Origin: Alphaproteobacteria bacterium
GTDB lineage: Bacteria > Pseudomonadota > Alphaproteobacteria > GCA-2731375
Assembly: GCA_965232515.1 (NCBI GenBank)
Contig: CBDDPY010000002.1
Span: forward strand, 5,888,001 to 5,952,000
DNA length: 64,000 nucleotides
Reading direction: 5' to 3'
In this document: positions 50,333 to 60,751 of the stretch, in pieces
Numbering within the stretch: the first letter of the stretch is position 1
How the letters are laid out: every line of letters starts with the position of its first letter
Translations under genes and position numbers: made by a program
The notes under the pieces: generated by a model
Told to the model about the DNA's origin: nothing
Databases searched by the model: none
Seen by the model: only the letters and a program-made list of their open reading frames with translations

Positions 50333-50437
50333 GCTTCGAGACGGCTCCTGCGGAGCCTCCTCAGCATGAGGCAGTGCATTGATATCAGGCGCAAACCTTA
50401 TCCTGAGGAACGCCCGTCAGGGCGTGTCTCGAAGGAT
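50333..50437. repeat. Composite palindromic repeat, copy 2
   Basis: cttcgagacggctcctgcggagcctcctcagcatgagg...ccttatcctgaggaa...gtctcgaagga, homologous to 30906-31011; the centre again contains ttgatatca. Confidence 0.78.
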
Positions 50438-50471
50438 CGGCCATCGATCTCCGGTGTCGGCAGACCTTACC

Positions 50472-52097
50472 CTACCGTCGTTTGAGCTCGTAGCCGGCTG
50501 CGTCGCGGTCCCAGGTCTTGGGCGTGATGCCGGCGTCGCGGAGGTGATGTTTCTGCAGCTTGCCTGTGGCGGTCTTCGGCAGCGCCTCGAGGACCTCGAC
50601 AAAGCGCGGGACGGCGTAGCGCGGCATGCGTTCGGCGCAATAGTCGAGGAGCGCCGTCTCGACCACGGCGGCGCCCGCGGCCGGCACGAGGCAGGCCTTG
50701 ACTTCTTCCTCGCCGCCGGCATCGGCCGTCCTGACCCCGACGACGGCGCTCTCGGCGATGGCGGGGTGGGCGTTCAGGACCTGCTCGACCTCGAACGAGG
50801 AGATGTTCTCGCCGCGGCGGCGGATGCAGTCCTTGATGCGGTCGACGAAGTGGTAGCGGCCGAGCCCGTCGCGATAGCCCGCATCGCCCGTGTGGAACCA
50901 GAGATTGCGCCAGGCCTCGACGGTTTTGTCCGGCATCTGGTGATAGCCGGCCATGAAGGCGCCGGGCACCTTGGGCCGGACCACCATCTCGCCGACCATA
51001 TTGTCGCCCAGTGGCCTGTCGGTCTCGGGATCGACGATGTCCATCTCGAAGAACTCGTCCAGCAGGTGGCCGGCGCAGCCCGGGATCAGCGGATCCTCCG
51101 GCCGGCCGTAGAGCGGCATGCCGCATTCGGTCATACCGAAGAGCTGGATGATCTTGACACCGAAGCGGGCCTCGAAGGCCTCGCCCCAGGCGCCGATGGG
51201 CACGGCGCAGATGAAGCGCAAGCCGTGGTCGCGGTCGCGCGGCGTCTCCGGCTGCTGGAAGATGAACTCGGACATGACGCCGAGCGCGTTGGTCATGGTG
51301 GCGCCGCAGCCGCGCAGCTCGTCGAGCCAGCGGCGCGGGCTGAAGCGCTCGACCACGTGCGCCCGGCCGCCGGCGACCAGCGTGCCGAGCGCCTGGATCA
51401 ACAACGCGTTCGCGTGGAACAGCGGCATGCAGACGTAATAGACGTCGTCCCCGGTCAGGGCGACAGCTTCGGTCAGCGTCAGCGCGCTCAGATAACAGTG
51501 CGCGTGCGGCATCAGCACGCCCTTGGCCGGGCCCGTGGTGCCCGAGGTGTACATGATGCACGCGACGTCGCCCGGCGACGGCGTGACCAGGACGTCGGCC
51601 GGCGCCGGCGCGGCCGCTAGCAGGTCCGGCCAGGCGAGCGTTTCGGACGCCGCCAGCACGGCCGGCGGCGCTGCCGGCGCGTCGCCGCCGACAAAGACGG
51701 TGTGCGTCTGGCTCGCCGCATCAGCGTCTATTTTGGCGAAGGCATCGTCGAGCAGACTCTCGCAGAAGATCAGCTTGGGCGCCGAATTGCGTAGCTGATG
51801 TTCGAGAAAGGCGCCTTTGAGTTCCGTGTTGATGGTCACGAAAACGGCGCCCAGCTTCTGCACGGCCAGCATCGCCGGCATGAATTCAGGCCGGTTCTTC
51901 AACAGCGCCATCACTCTGTCGCCGGGCCCGACGCCGAGGCTGGCAAGGCGGCGGGCAAGGTCGTCGGACTGGGCATCGAGGTCGGCGAACGTCAGCCGTG
52001 TGCCATCCTCGAAGCTCAGGAATTCCCGCGCACCCAGCCGCGCCGCCTGCCGGCGAACCAGGTGCACCAGGGTCCAGTTCTGATAATCGTCCCGCAT
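50472..52097 (-). CDS. Acyl-CoA ligase (CaiC-like)
   Basis: YTSGTTGPAKG, FGMTE, WFHTGD, RRRGENISS and PKTATGK motifs. Confidence 0.9.
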   Translation of the reverse strand: MRDDYQNWTLVHLVRRQAARLGAREFLSFEDGTRLTFADLDAQSDDLARRLASLGVGPGDRVMALLKNRPEFMPAMLAVQKLGAVFVTINTELKGAFLEHQLRNSAPKLIFCESLLDDAFAKIDADAASQTHTVFVGGDAPAAPPAVLAASETLAWPDLLAAAPAPADVLVTPSPGDVACIMYTSGTTGPAKGVLMPHAHCYLSALTLTEAVALTGDDVYYVCMPLFHANALLIQALGTLVAGGRAHVVERFSPRRWLDELRGCGATMTNALGVMSEFIFQQPETPRDRDHGLRFICAVPIGAWGEAFEARFGVKIIQLFGMTECGMPLYGRPEDPLIPGCAGHLLDEFFEMDIVDPETDRPLGDNMVGEMVVRPKVPGAFMAGYHQMPDKTVEAWRNLWFHTGDAGYRDGLGRYHFVDRIKDCIRRRGENISSFEVEQVLNAHPAIAESAVVGVRTADAGGEEEVKACLVPAAGAAVVETALLDYCAERMPRYAVPRFVEVLEALPKTATGKLQKHHLRDAGITPKTWDRDAAGYELKRR

Positions 52098-52159
52098 CGC
52101 TCCGCGCTCATCTTAGGGCGCGGGGGAACGCGTCGCCAGATCGCGGCCTGCCTTAATGC

Positions 52160-52178
52160 AATAGGGACTGTCCCTATT
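52160..52178. repeat. 19-bp palindrome AATAGGGACTGTCCCTATT, copy 1
   Basis: Identical copy at 55769; degenerate copy at 58061. Confidence 0.8.
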
Positions 52179-52377
52179 TCGGCAGGTGTTGGCGGGGCTC
52201 GCCGCAAATCCGAGTTGGATCGAAAGGCAGATCGGCGAGTTGGGCCAGGGTCATCTGCTGCAGGGCGGGGTGGGCGAGGGGGTCGCGGCACCAGGTCTGC
52301 CGGTGGTGAGCCGCGACGGCGGCACGGCCGGACTCGCGGCGGAGATGGTGAATCAGGTGTTTAAGTAGATTTAGCAT
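52174..52377 (-). CDS. Small hypothetical protein divergent from LysR (DUF1127-like C-terminal motif)
   Basis: DPLAHPALQQMTLAQLADLPF; divergent arrangement typical of a LysR target. Confidence 0.55.
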   Translation of the reverse strand: MLNLLKHLIHHLRRESGRAAVAAHHRQTWCRDPLAHPALQQMTLAQLADLPFDPTRICGEPRQHLPK

Positions 52378-52415
52378 ACCTAGAAGGTATGCAGGCCCTA
52401 CCATGGTTGGTATGG

Positions 52416-52439
52416 ACTAAAATTGGACGATTGTTTAGT
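52416..52439. promoter_or_regulatory. Putative LysR operator
   Basis: ACTAAA-N12-TTTAGT inverted repeat in AT-rich divergent spacer. Confidence 0.4.
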
Positions 52440-52447
52440 ACGACTAT

Positions 52448-53377
52448 ATGCGGAATCTGAACCGGGTGAACCTTGGCGGCTTGCGGGCGGTGGAGGCGGT
52501 GGGGCGGCTCGGTGGGCTCAAGGCGGCGGCGGACGAGCTTGGCGTGACGGTGGGCGCCGTGAGCCAGCAGGTCCAGAAGACCGAGCGGCAGCTCGGCCGG
52601 GCGCTGTTCGAGCGGCGGCCGAAAGGGCTGCGGCTGACGGCGCACGGGGAGGCGGTGCTGCGGCATCTGACGAGCGGGCTGTCGGAGCTGTCGGCGGCCG
52701 TGGCGCTCGCGGCGCGCGCGCGGGAGGACACGCTGACTGTCTCGGTGCCGCCGGTGTTCGCGGGCAAATGGCTGGTCTGGCGGCTGGCGGACTTTCACGA
52801 CAAGCATCCCGACATCCGCATCCGCGTCGACGCTTCGACGACGCTGGTCGATCCCAACGTCTCCGACGTCGATGTCTGCATCCGCGTCGGTCGCGGGACC
52901 TGGCCGGACGTGCAGGCCGAGGAGCTGTTGCCGCAGCGGGTGTTCCCGGTCTGCAGCCCGGCGCTGGCGGCCGAACTCGAAACGCCTGCCGATCTCGGTC
53001 GGGTGCCGATCGTCCGCGATGGGCACGCCATGTTCGAATGGCGGGTCTGGCTCGGGCCGAACGGGCTCGACGAGGCCATTCTCGGCGACGGGCCGACCTT
53101 TTCCGATGCGTCCTTATGCCTCGATGCGGCGATCGTCGGGCAGGGCGTGTTCCTCGCCTGGGAGACGCTCGCGGTCGACGCGCTGACGGCCGGTACGCTG
53201 GTGGCGCCGTTTCCCGGCCGCTTCCCGACGGGCGACGCCTACTGGTCCATCGTCGGCCGCCATGGCCGTAAGACACCCGCCGTGCGCGCCTTCGAGGCCT
53301 GGCTGCGCGAGCAACTGGAACTGGCCCTCCCGGCCCGGACCGGGGACGGGTCGGTTGCTGTGACGGAGGGAGCATAG
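52448..53377 (+). CDS. LysR-family regulator (GcvA-like)
   Basis: AAADELGVTVGAVSQQV HTH; FAGKWLVWRL. Confidence 0.92.
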   Translation: MRNLNRVNLGGLRAVEAVGRLGGLKAAADELGVTVGAVSQQVQKTERQLGRALFERRPKGLRLTAHGEAVLRHLTSGLSELSAAVALAARAREDTLTVSVPPVFAGKWLVWRLADFHDKHPDIRIRVDASTTLVDPNVSDVDVCIRVGRGTWPDVQAEELLPQRVFPVCSPALAAELETPADLGRVPIVRDGHAMFEWRVWLGPNGLDEAILGDGPTFSDASLCLDAAIVGQGVFLAWETLAVDALTAGTLVAPFPGRFPTGDAYWSIVGRHGRKTPAVRAFEAWLREQLELALPARTGDGSVAVTEGA

Positions 53378-53415
53378 TTGTCGGTTTGCGCGGCAGGCGG
53401 GACGGCCGGATTTTC

Positions 53416-53498
53416 ACCACAGAGCACACAGAGATTTTTTATCGGCGCTTCGCGCCAACAAACCTTTGGTTCTCTGTGTCCTCTGTGTCCTCTGTGGT
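53416..53498. repeat. Palindromic element (CCACAGAG family), copy 2, inverted
   Basis: accacagagcacacagag / ctctgtgtcctctgtggt arms; core tcggcgcttcgcgccaac. Confidence 0.85.
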
Positions 53499-53537
53499 TA
53501 AACTTGGTGTCTGTTGTTGAGTAGGAAAGGACGCAGC

Positions 53538-54002
53538 GTGCAGGTTTCGATTCGGGAAGACGATTTGCGGGGGCCGGAGATCGCGACGCTGCTGGGCGCG
53601 CATCTCGACCAGATGGCGGACCAGTCGCCGCCCGAGAGCCGGCATGCCCTCGACCTCGATGGCCTGCGCGTGCCCGATGTGACGTTCTGGTGCGCCTGGG
53701 AGGGTCCGGACCTGCTCGGTTGCGGCGCACTGAAGGAGCTCGATCCGCAGCACGGCGAGATCAAGTCCATGCACACGTCGCAAGCCCATCGCGGCCGCGG
53801 CGTCGCCGCCCAGATCCTCACCCACATCATCGACACCGCCCGCGGCCGCGGCTACCGCCGCCTCAGCCTCGAGACAGGTTCCATGGCCGCCTTCGCCCCC
53901 GCCCGCGCCCTCTACGAACGCTTCGGCTTCACCTACTGCCCGCCTTTCGCCGGCTACCGCGAAGATCCTCACAGCGTGTTCATGATGCTCGAACTGACCT
54001 AG
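53538..54002 (+). CDS. GNAT acetyltransferase (YedL-like)
   Basis: SPPESRHALD, GEIKSMHT, LSLETGS and DPHSVFM motifs. Confidence 0.88.
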   Translation: MQVSIREDDLRGPEIATLLGAHLDQMADQSPPESRHALDLDGLRVPDVTFWCAWEGPDLLGCGALKELDPQHGEIKSMHTSQAHRGRGVAAQILTHIIDTARGRGYRRLSLETGSMAAFAPARALYERFGFTYCPPFAGYREDPHSVFMMLELT

Positions 54003-54117
54003 ATCGAAGAATCCGGACCCGTTTTCGGAGTATCCCGGTCTTGGTTTGCCGGGTTGCGCTGCTGTTGCTGCGCGGAGCCGGCTGGTATCTTTCCACGGCG
54101 AGGACGGGAGGATGGGC

Positions 54118-55770
54118 ATGAGCGTTGTGGCAGCCCATGAAAGAGAGCGCGAACCGGATAGCGGGGTCGGCGAGCGCTATGAGGTCATCATCATCGGCGC
54201 GGGGTTGTCGGGGATGTATCAGCTTCACAAGCTGCGGGGGCTGGGGGTTTCCGTGCGGGTGTTCGAGGCCGGCGATGGGGTTGGGGGGACGTGGTATTGG
54301 AACCGGTATCCGGGGGCGCGGTTCGATTCCGAGAGCTGGACGTATGGGTTTTCGTTTTCGCAGGACCTGCTGGACGGGTGGGACTGGTCGGAGCATTTCT
54401 CGGCGCAGCCGGAGACGTTGCGGTACTGCAATTACGTGGCCGACGAGCTGGATGTGCGGCGGGACATTACTTTCGAAAGTCGGGTCGAGGCGGCGGTCTA
54501 TGACGAGGACGCCAACGCGTGGGAATTGATGTTTACCGATGGGCGGCGGGCGCGCTGCCGGTTTCTGATTACCGCGATCGGGCCGTTGTCGGCGCCGACC
54601 ATGCCGGTGATCCCGGGCGTCGGGGAGTTCGAGGGCGAGGCGTATCACACCGGGTTGTGGCCGCATGAGCCGGTGAGCTTCGCGGGCAAGCGGGTCACGG
54701 TGATCGGCACGGGCGCGACGGGCGTGCAGGCGATTACCGAGATCGCCAAGACAGTGGGCGAGCTGACCGTGTTTCAGCGCACGCCGAACTGGTGCGCGCC
54801 CTTGCACAACAGTCCGATCGACGCCGAGACGCAGGCGGAGATCCACGCCAGATATCCGGAGATCTTCGAGACGTGCCGGGAGTCGTTTGGGTGCTTCATC
54901 CATGCGGCCGATCCGCGCAACGCGCTCGAGGTCTCGGCCGAGGAGCGCGAGGCGACCTTTCAGAGGCTCTACGACTCGCCGGGCTTCGGCATCTGGATGG
55001 GGAACTTCCGCGACCTGCTGATCGACGAGACCGCGAACGCCACCATCACCGAGTTCATGACGCGGAAGATCCGCGAGCGGGTCAACGATCCCGAGCTGGC
55101 CGAGAAGCTGATCCCGACGAACCACGGTTTCGGCACGCGGCGGGTGCCGCTGGAGAGCGGCTATTACGAGGTCTTCAACCAGCCGAACGTGCGGCTGGTC
55201 GATATTCGAGAAACGCCGATTGAGCGGATCACGCCGACCGGCATCCGGACCTCGGACGCCGACTATGCGTTCGACATGATCGTCTACGCCACCGGCTTCG
55301 ACGCCATCACCGGCGCGTTCGACCGCATCGACATCACCGGGCGGGGCGGGCGGAAGCTGAAGGACAAGTGGGCCGAGGGTCCGCGCACGTATCTGGGGCT
55401 GCAGATCGCCGGCTTTCCGAACATGCTGACGTTGGTCGGGCCGCACAACGCCGCCACGTTCTGCAACATACCCCGGTGTATCGAGCAGAACGTCGAGTGG
55501 GTGACCGACCTGTTGCGGCACATGCGGGCAAAGGATCTGACGCGGGTCGAGGCGACGGTCGCGGCCGAGGACGAATGGACGGGCCATGTGCACGAAACGG
55601 CCGAGCGCATGCTGCTGATGAAGGCGGATTCCTGGATGACCGGCATCAACCGCAACGTGCCCGGCCGGCAGACGCGGACCTTCATGGCCTATGCCGGCGG
55701 CGCGCCGAAGTACCGCGAGAAATGCGACGAGGTCGCCGCCAGCGGCTACGCGGGCTTCGAACTGAGCTAA
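54118..55770 (+). CDS. Baeyer-Villiger monooxygenase (type I)
   Basis: GAGLSG, GGTWYWNRYPG and FEGEAYHTGLWP fingerprint. Confidence 0.93.
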   Translation: MSVVAAHEREREPDSGVGERYEVIIIGAGLSGMYQLHKLRGLGVSVRVFEAGDGVGGTWYWNRYPGARFDSESWTYGFSFSQDLLDGWDWSEHFSAQPETLRYCNYVADELDVRRDITFESRVEAAVYDEDANAWELMFTDGRRARCRFLITAIGPLSAPTMPVIPGVGEFEGEAYHTGLWPHEPVSFAGKRVTVIGTGATGVQAITEIAKTVGELTVFQRTPNWCAPLHNSPIDAETQAEIHARYPEIFETCRESFGCFIHAADPRNALEVSAEEREATFQRLYDSPGFGIWMGNFRDLLIDETANATITEFMTRKIRERVNDPELAEKLIPTNHGFGTRRVPLESGYYEVFNQPNVRLVDIRETPIERITPTGIRTSDADYAFDMIVYATGFDAITGAFDRIDITGRGGRKLKDKWAEGPRTYLGLQIAGFPNMLTLVGPHNAATFCNIPRCIEQNVEWVTDLLRHMRAKDLTRVEATVAAEDEWTGHVHETAERMLLMKADSWMTGINRNVPGRQTRTFMAYAGGAPKYREKCDEVAASGYAGFELS

Positions 55771-55787
55771 TAGGGACTGTCCCTATT
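55769..55787. repeat. 19-bp palindrome AATAGGGACTGTCCCTATT, copy 2
   Basis: Overlaps BVMO stop codon. Confidence 0.8.
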
Positions 55788-55808
55788 TTCTTCGGCAGTC
55801 GGGTTTAG

Positions 55809-55890
55809 CCACAGAGAACACAGAGTTCACAGAGAACCATAGTTGGTTGGCGCGAAGCGCCGAAAAACAAACCTCTGTGCTCTCTGTGGT
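55809..55890. repeat. Palindromic element (CCACAGAG family), copy 3
   Basis: ccacagagaacacagagttcacagag...gttggttggcgcgaagcgccgaaaaacaaacctctgtgctctctgtggt. Confidence 0.85.
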
Positions 55891-55920
55891 TGGTCCCTTT
55901 TCGCTCCGGCGCGGGCCGGT

Positions 55921-57207
55921 TCAGGCGAGGTTCTTGCCGCCGTAGCGGCGGACGCGGAGGTCGGCCTGCTCCTTGTGGCCGGCGAAGTTCTCGATGGCGC
56001 AGAGGCGCGAGCAGTATTCGCCGATCTCGACGCTGGCCTCCTCGGTGCAGCGCTGGTAGGTGCAGGTCTTCAGGAACTTGCCGACCCAGAGGCCGCCGGT
56101 ATAGCGGGCGGCGCCCTTGGTCGGCAGCGTGTGGTTGGTGCCGATGACCTTGTCGCCGTAGGAGACGTTGGTCTCGGGCCCCAGGAACAGCGCGCCGTAG
56201 TTGCGCATGTTGTCCAGAAAGTATTGCGGGTCAGACGTCAGGATCTGCACGTGCTCGGCGGCGACGCGGTCGCCTTCGCGCAGCATCTCAGCATCGTCCT
56301 CGCAGAGGATGATCTCGCCATAGTCCCGCCAGGCGGCGCCCGCGACCTCGGCGGTGGCGAGACGGCCGAGCTGGCGGTCGATCTCGGCTTGAAGCTCGTG
56401 CGCGAGCTTGTCGGACGTGGTGATCAGCGTCGCCGGCGAGGTCGGACCGTGCTCGGCCTGGCCGAGCAGGTCGGTCGCGACCATCTCGACGTCGGCGGTG
56501 TCGTCGGCGATGACCAGGACCTCGGTGGGGCCGGCGAACAGGTCGATGCCGACGCGGCCGTAGAGCTGGCGCTTGGCCTCGGCGACGAAGGCGTTGCCGG
56601 GACCGACCAGCATATCGACGGGATCGATTAAGTCGGTGCCGAGCGCCATGGCGGCGACGGCCTGCACGCCGCCGAGGCAATAGATCTCGTCGGCGCCGGC
56701 GAGCGCCATGGCGGCGATGGTGGCGGGGTGCGGTTCGCCCTGGTTCGGCGGCGTGCAGGCGGCGACGCGCTCGACGCCCGCGACCTTGGCCGTGACCACG
56801 CTCATGTGCGCGGACGCCACCATGGGGTAGCGGCCGCCCGGCACATAGCAGCCGACGCTGCCCACGGGGATGTTCTTGTGGCCGAGGATGACGCCGGGCC
56901 GGGTCTCGACCTCGATGTCCTGCAGCGCCGCGCGCTGGGCTTCGGCGAAGTTGCGGATCTGCGTCTGGGCGAACTTGATGTCGTCGACGGTCTGCTGCGG
57001 CAGGCTGGCGATCAGCGCGTCGATCTGGGCCCGGTCCAGGCGGAAGCTGTCGGGCGACCAGTTGTCGAACTTGACGGAGAGGTCGCGCACGGCGGCGTCG
57101 CCGCGGGCCGTGATGTCAGCGATAATGTCCTCGACGGCGCGCCGGACTTTCAGGTCCTCGTCGGCCTTCGCGTCGGCGTCCTTGCCGCGTTTGATGTAAG
57201 TCGCCAT
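55921..57207 (-). CDS. hisD: Histidinol dehydrogenase-family paralog (non-canonical, outside a his operon)
   Basis: GCYVPGG, GGVQA, GPGNAFV, QAEH and GTNHTLPT motifs. Confidence 0.8.
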   Translation of the reverse strand: MATYIKRGKDADAKADEDLKVRRAVEDIIADITARGDAAVRDLSVKFDNWSPDSFRLDRAQIDALIASLPQQTVDDIKFAQTQIRNFAEAQRAALQDIEVETRPGVILGHKNIPVGSVGCYVPGGRYPMVASAHMSVVTAKVAGVERVAACTPPNQGEPHPATIAAMALAGADEIYCLGGVQAVAAMALGTDLIDPVDMLVGPGNAFVAEAKRQLYGRVGIDLFAGPTEVLVIADDTADVEMVATDLLGQAEHGPTSPATLITTSDKLAHELQAEIDRQLGRLATAEVAGAAWRDYGEIILCEDDAEMLREGDRVAAEHVQILTSDPQYFLDNMRNYGALFLGPETNVSYGDKVIGTNHTLPTKGAARYTGGLWVGKFLKTCTYQRCTEEASVEIGEYCSRLCAIENFAGHKEQADLRVRRYGGKNLA

Positions 57208-57288
57208 CGTTTCCGCCTCGCTTTCGATGTCCCCGCTTTTGCGCGATTGTGTGGGGCAGATCTGCGGGATGCAAGGGGAGGCGATGGA

Positions 57289-58053
57289 ATGGCGATGGCG
57301 CAGCAGCAGGGATTTCGGCTCGACGGCAAGACAGCGGTGGTGACCGGCGCGGGGCGGGGCATCGGGCGCGCCTGTGCGCTGGCGCTGGCGGCGGCCGGCG
57401 CCGAGGTGGTGGCGATGAGCCGGACGGAAAGCGAGCTCGCGACACTGACGGACGAGGCGGCGGAGAGCGGCGGCGTCTGCCGGGCGGAGGTCTGCGACGT
57501 CACCGACATCGACGTGGTCACGGCCGTGTTCGGCGCCCTGCCGCGCCTCGACGTGCTGGTGAACAATGCCGGCAGCAATCAGCCGCAGCCGTTTCTCGAG
57601 GTTGAGACGGATGTGCTCGACCGGTTGCTGGACCTCAATCTCAGGGCCGCGTTCCTGGTGGCGCAGGTGGCGGCGCGGGTGATGGTGCGCCAGGACGAGG
57701 GCGGCGTCATCGTCAACATGTCCTCGCAGATGGGCCATGTGGGCGGACCGACGCGCAGCGTCTATTGCGCCACCAAGCACGCGCTGGAAGGCATGACCAA
57801 GGCGGCGGCGATCGAGCTGGCGCCGCTCGGCGTGCGCATGGTGACGGTCGGGCCGACCTTCGTCGAGACGCCGCTGGCGCAACGCTTTCTGGCTGATCCC
57901 GATTTCAAGATCGACGTGCTCGACCGCATTCCGATGGGCCGTATCGGCCGGGCCGAAGAGGTGGCGAACGCCGTCCTGTTCCTGGCCTCGCCCGCCGCCA
58001 GCCTGATCACCGGCACGCATCTGCTGGTCGACGGCGGCTGGACGGCGCGCTAA
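57289..58053 (+). CDS. Short-chain dehydrogenase/reductase
   Basis: [20 protein letters not shown] and YCATK motifs. Confidence 0.88.
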   Translation: MAMAQQQGFRLDGKTAVVTGAGRGIGRACALALAAAGAEVVAMSRTESELATLTDEAAESGGVCRAEVCDVTDIDVVTAVFGALPRLDVLVNNAGSNQPQPFLEVETDVLDRLLDLNLRAAFLVAQVAARVMVRQDEGGVIVNMSSQMGHVGGPTRSVYCATKHALEGMTKAAAIELAPLGVRMVTVGPTFVETPLAQRFLADPDFKIDVLDRIPMGRIGRAEEVANAVLFLASPAASLITGTHLLVDGGWTAR

Positions 58054-58076
58054 CCGCGAAAATAGGGCCTGTCCTA

Positions 58077-58661
58077 TTAATCGGTGTGGTGGTCGCTCGG
58101 CGGCAGGCGGTAGCGGTTGAAATGGAAGCTGGCAGAGTCGGCGGCGAGGCGGTCGACCAACTCGCCGAAATGGATGTCGTAGTGGACCGTGTGGAAGCGT
58201 TGCATCACGGCGAGCATGGCGATCTCGTCGTCGCCGTGACGCAGCGGCAGGTTCAGGCGCTCGACCAGCAGGTGGTCGCGGTCGGGGTGCAGATAGTTGG
58301 TGAAGGAGTAGATGGGCTGGCGCGCCCGAATGGTGTCGCGGAACAGGCTCAGGATTGCTTCGAGATAAATGCCCGACGTCATTTCCGAGATCTTCTGGCC
58401 GGTTCGATCCCGACCGTAATGCGCGACGATCTGGGTGCCGATCAGCCGGGCGCGGAAGTCGGCGCCGCCATCGATCACGTCCAACAGAAAGACATGCGGC
58501 ACGAGGTCGGGGATCTCGATCAGCGGATCGAGATCGGCGCGATCCGGCACGACGTCATGCAGCGCCCATTTCGACCACCAGTAGTCGGCGAAGGCCTGGA
58601 TCAGCCGATCGACCCGCGCCGAGGCCGGCAGCGCCATCAGGTCGAACGGCGGCTCTTTCAT
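58077..58661 (-). CDS. PAS-domain (PAS_5-like) protein
   Basis: [16 protein letters not shown] and ERLNLPL motifs. Confidence 0.75.
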   Translation of the reverse strand: MKEPPFDLMALPASARVDRLIQAFADYWWSKWALHDVVPDRADLDPLIEIPDLVPHVFLLDVIDGGADFRARLIGTQIVAHYGRDRTGQKISEMTSGIYLEAILSLFRDTIRARQPIYSFTNYLHPDRDHLLVERLNLPLRHGDDEIAMLAVMQRFHTVHYDIHFGELVDRLAADSASFHFNRYRLPPSDHHTD

Positions 58662-58896
58662 TCGGCTATCCCTCGTTGCCGAAGACCCCCAACACGAACC
58701 GATGACGGACAACCTGCCCCCAAGCAGTGACGCCTAGACTATCACGAATTCGCCCGCGCGCCCGCGCCTGCGAACGATTTCGTGACGTAATTCACATCTT
58801 TCGGGTCGACCTGAGACCAAAATCGCCACCGCATCGACGCCGCCGCGCCGGTGTAGAGTGGGACATTCCGAAACCGGGGGTCGTGAGGAGGGCAGC

Positions 58897-59985
58897 ATGG
58901 CCAAAGCGAAACGAAAGAGTACGAAGAGGACGTCGAACTACGATCCCATCCAGGACGGCATCTGCCGGGTGCCGGAAGCGGCGGCGCGCACGTTCGGTCC
59001 GGAGATCGATCCGGTCCGGGCCGCGGCAATTTTGAGCACCGACAAGAAGTGGGTGAACGGCACCAAGATTCATTACTACCTTTACAAGTCCGGGCCCTGG
59101 AGGGGCGCCAACGACCAGTACGCCGCCGTGCGCCGTGCGTTCAAGGCCTGGAAGGATATCGGCATCGGCCTGGAGTTCGCCGAGGTCAGCACGCCCGAAG
59201 AGTCGGAGGTGCGCATCGGCTTCCTGCGCGGCGACGGCTCGTGGTCTTACGTGGGCCGCGACGTGCTGCAACGGCCGTTGAACGAGCGGACGATGAATTT
59301 CGGCTGGAACGTCGCCAGCACGAGCGGCTTCGACACCGCGTTGCACGAGATCGGTCATACGCTCGGCCGGCCGCACGAGCACCAGAATCCGAACGCCGGC
59401 ATCGACTGGGACGAGGAGGCGGTCTACGCGGCGCTGGCGAAGCCGCCGAACCGCTGGTCGCGGCAACAGACCTTCCACAACATTATTCGAAAGATCGATC
59501 CGGACAGCGTGCAGGGCTCGGCCTGGGATCCGAAGTCGATCATGCACTATCCGTTCGAGGCCGCGCTGATCGACGGGCCGGCCCCCTACAGCAACACCGG
59601 CATCTTCCCGCCGGGCGGCCTGTCGCCGGTCGACAAGAAATGGATGAAGGTCTTCTACCCGCCGCTGAAGCCGGCCGACCATCCGGAGCTGAAGCCGTTC
59701 CGCTCGGCCATGCTGTCGCTGGCGCCGGGCGCGCAGGCGAACTTCCTGATCAAGCCGACCTACACGCGGCGCTACGACTTCCGCACCTTCGGCGCGTCGG
59801 ACACCGTGATGGTGCTGTTCGAACGCGCGAGCGGCGAGCTGCGTTACCGCACGGCCGACGACGACAGCGGCCAGGACCGCAACGCCAGCTTCAGCTACCG
59901 GCTGACCCGCGGCCGCGAATACGTGCTGCGCATCCGGCTCTATTACAGCTGGTCGTCGGGCGAGACCGCGGTGATGTACTGGTAG
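58897..59985 (+). CDS. M12 (astacin-like) zinc metalloprotease with C-terminal beta domain
   Basis: HEIGHTLGRPHEH zinc motif and SIMHY Met-turn; no signal peptide; GAGGAG RBS. Confidence 0.88.
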   Translation: MAKAKRKSTKRTSNYDPIQDGICRVPEAAARTFGPEIDPVRAAAILSTDKKWVNGTKIHYYLYKSGPWRGANDQYAAVRRAFKAWKDIGIGLEFAEVSTPEESEVRIGFLRGDGSWSYVGRDVLQRPLNERTMNFGWNVASTSGFDTALHEIGHTLGRPHEHQNPNAGIDWDEEAVYAALAKPPNRWSRQQTFHNIIRKIDPDSVQGSAWDPKSIMHYPFEAALIDGPAPYSNTGIFPPGGLSPVDKKWMKVFYPPLKPADHPELKPFRSAMLSLAPGAQANFLIKPTYTRRYDFRTFGASDTVMVLFERASGELRYRTADDDSGQDRNASFSYRLTRGREYVLRIRLYYSWSSGETAVMYW

Positions 59986-59992
59986 GCGGGAT

Positions 59993-60043
59993 TTTGCGCT
60001 CACGGCAGCGGACCCTTTCGGGTCCCCGCCTGCGCGGGCGCGC
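59993..60043. repeat. 51-bp hairpin repeat, copy 1
   Basis: tttgcgctcacggcagcggaccctttcgggtccccgcctgcgcgggcgcgc; near-identical copy at 63487. Confidence 0.85.
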
Positions 60044-60504
60044 TAACGGCGGCGGAACAGGACGGCGTGGACCTCGGCGTCGGTCCAACGACGTTCCTCC
60101 GGCGTCAGGTGCTGGCCAACGCCGTCGGCGATGCTCCCGGCGTCGGGATGTCCGTTGGCGATCGCCATCCGGCACCAGAAATAGGCCCGCCGATGTCTGG
60201 GCCGCACGCCCTGACCGGTGAGGTAGCAGCGCGCGAGCCAATATTGCGCGCGGGCGTCGTCCTGTTCGGCGGCCATGCGGAACCAGTGCATGGCATGGGC
60301 CGGGTCTTGCGGCAGGCCGTCGCCCATGAGATAGCGCAGACCCAGCACCAGCTGCGCCGCTGCATGGCCCTCGCCGGCAGCGAAAATCAGCCGCGCGACG
60401 CTTGTCTCGGTCTCGGTCCCTTCCTCGGTCTCGGCGCGCAGGATGGTCGCGCCCAGATCGATTGGCGCGGCGGGAGCCGGTTCTTTCATGACAGCCTGCA
60501 ACAT
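60043..60504 (-). CDS. Sel1-repeat protein, paralog 1
   Basis: AQLVLGLRYLMGDG...WFRMAAEQ...AQYWLARCYLTGQG. Confidence 0.85.
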   Translation of the reverse strand: MLQAVMKEPAPAAPIDLGATILRAETEEGTETETSVARLIFAAGEGHAAAQLVLGLRYLMGDGLPQDPAHAMHWFRMAAEQDDARAQYWLARCYLTGQGVRPRHRRAYFWCRMAIANGHPDAGSIADGVGQHLTPEERRWTDAEVHAVLFRRR

Positions 60505-60536
60505 CCTTCGTCCCTCATGCCGGTGTCCGGCAGGCC

Positions 60537-60640
60537 AAAAAAGGGTGCCGCCAAATCAGGTCCGGCGGCGCCATTGGCACTTTTCCCCGACGCCTCAGCC
60601 GGGAGAGAAGAAGGTGGGTCTGCGGCGGCGGCGAATGTTT
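60537..60640 (-). ncRNA. Putative two-hairpin structured RNA, copy 1 (most diverged)
   Basis: Hairpin with pyrimidine-rich loop, then GGCGCCGCC/GGCGGCACC hairpin plus U6; boundaries approximate. Confidence 0.45.
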
Positions 60641-60751
60641 TTCTTTGAAAACTAGCGAATCTGTGCGCCGCCGTCGTTGCATGAGCGTCTCAACTTTGTT
60701 GTGCGGATGTCTCAGCCGGTGACGCAGCGGGGGCCACGATGCGGCGGAGAC

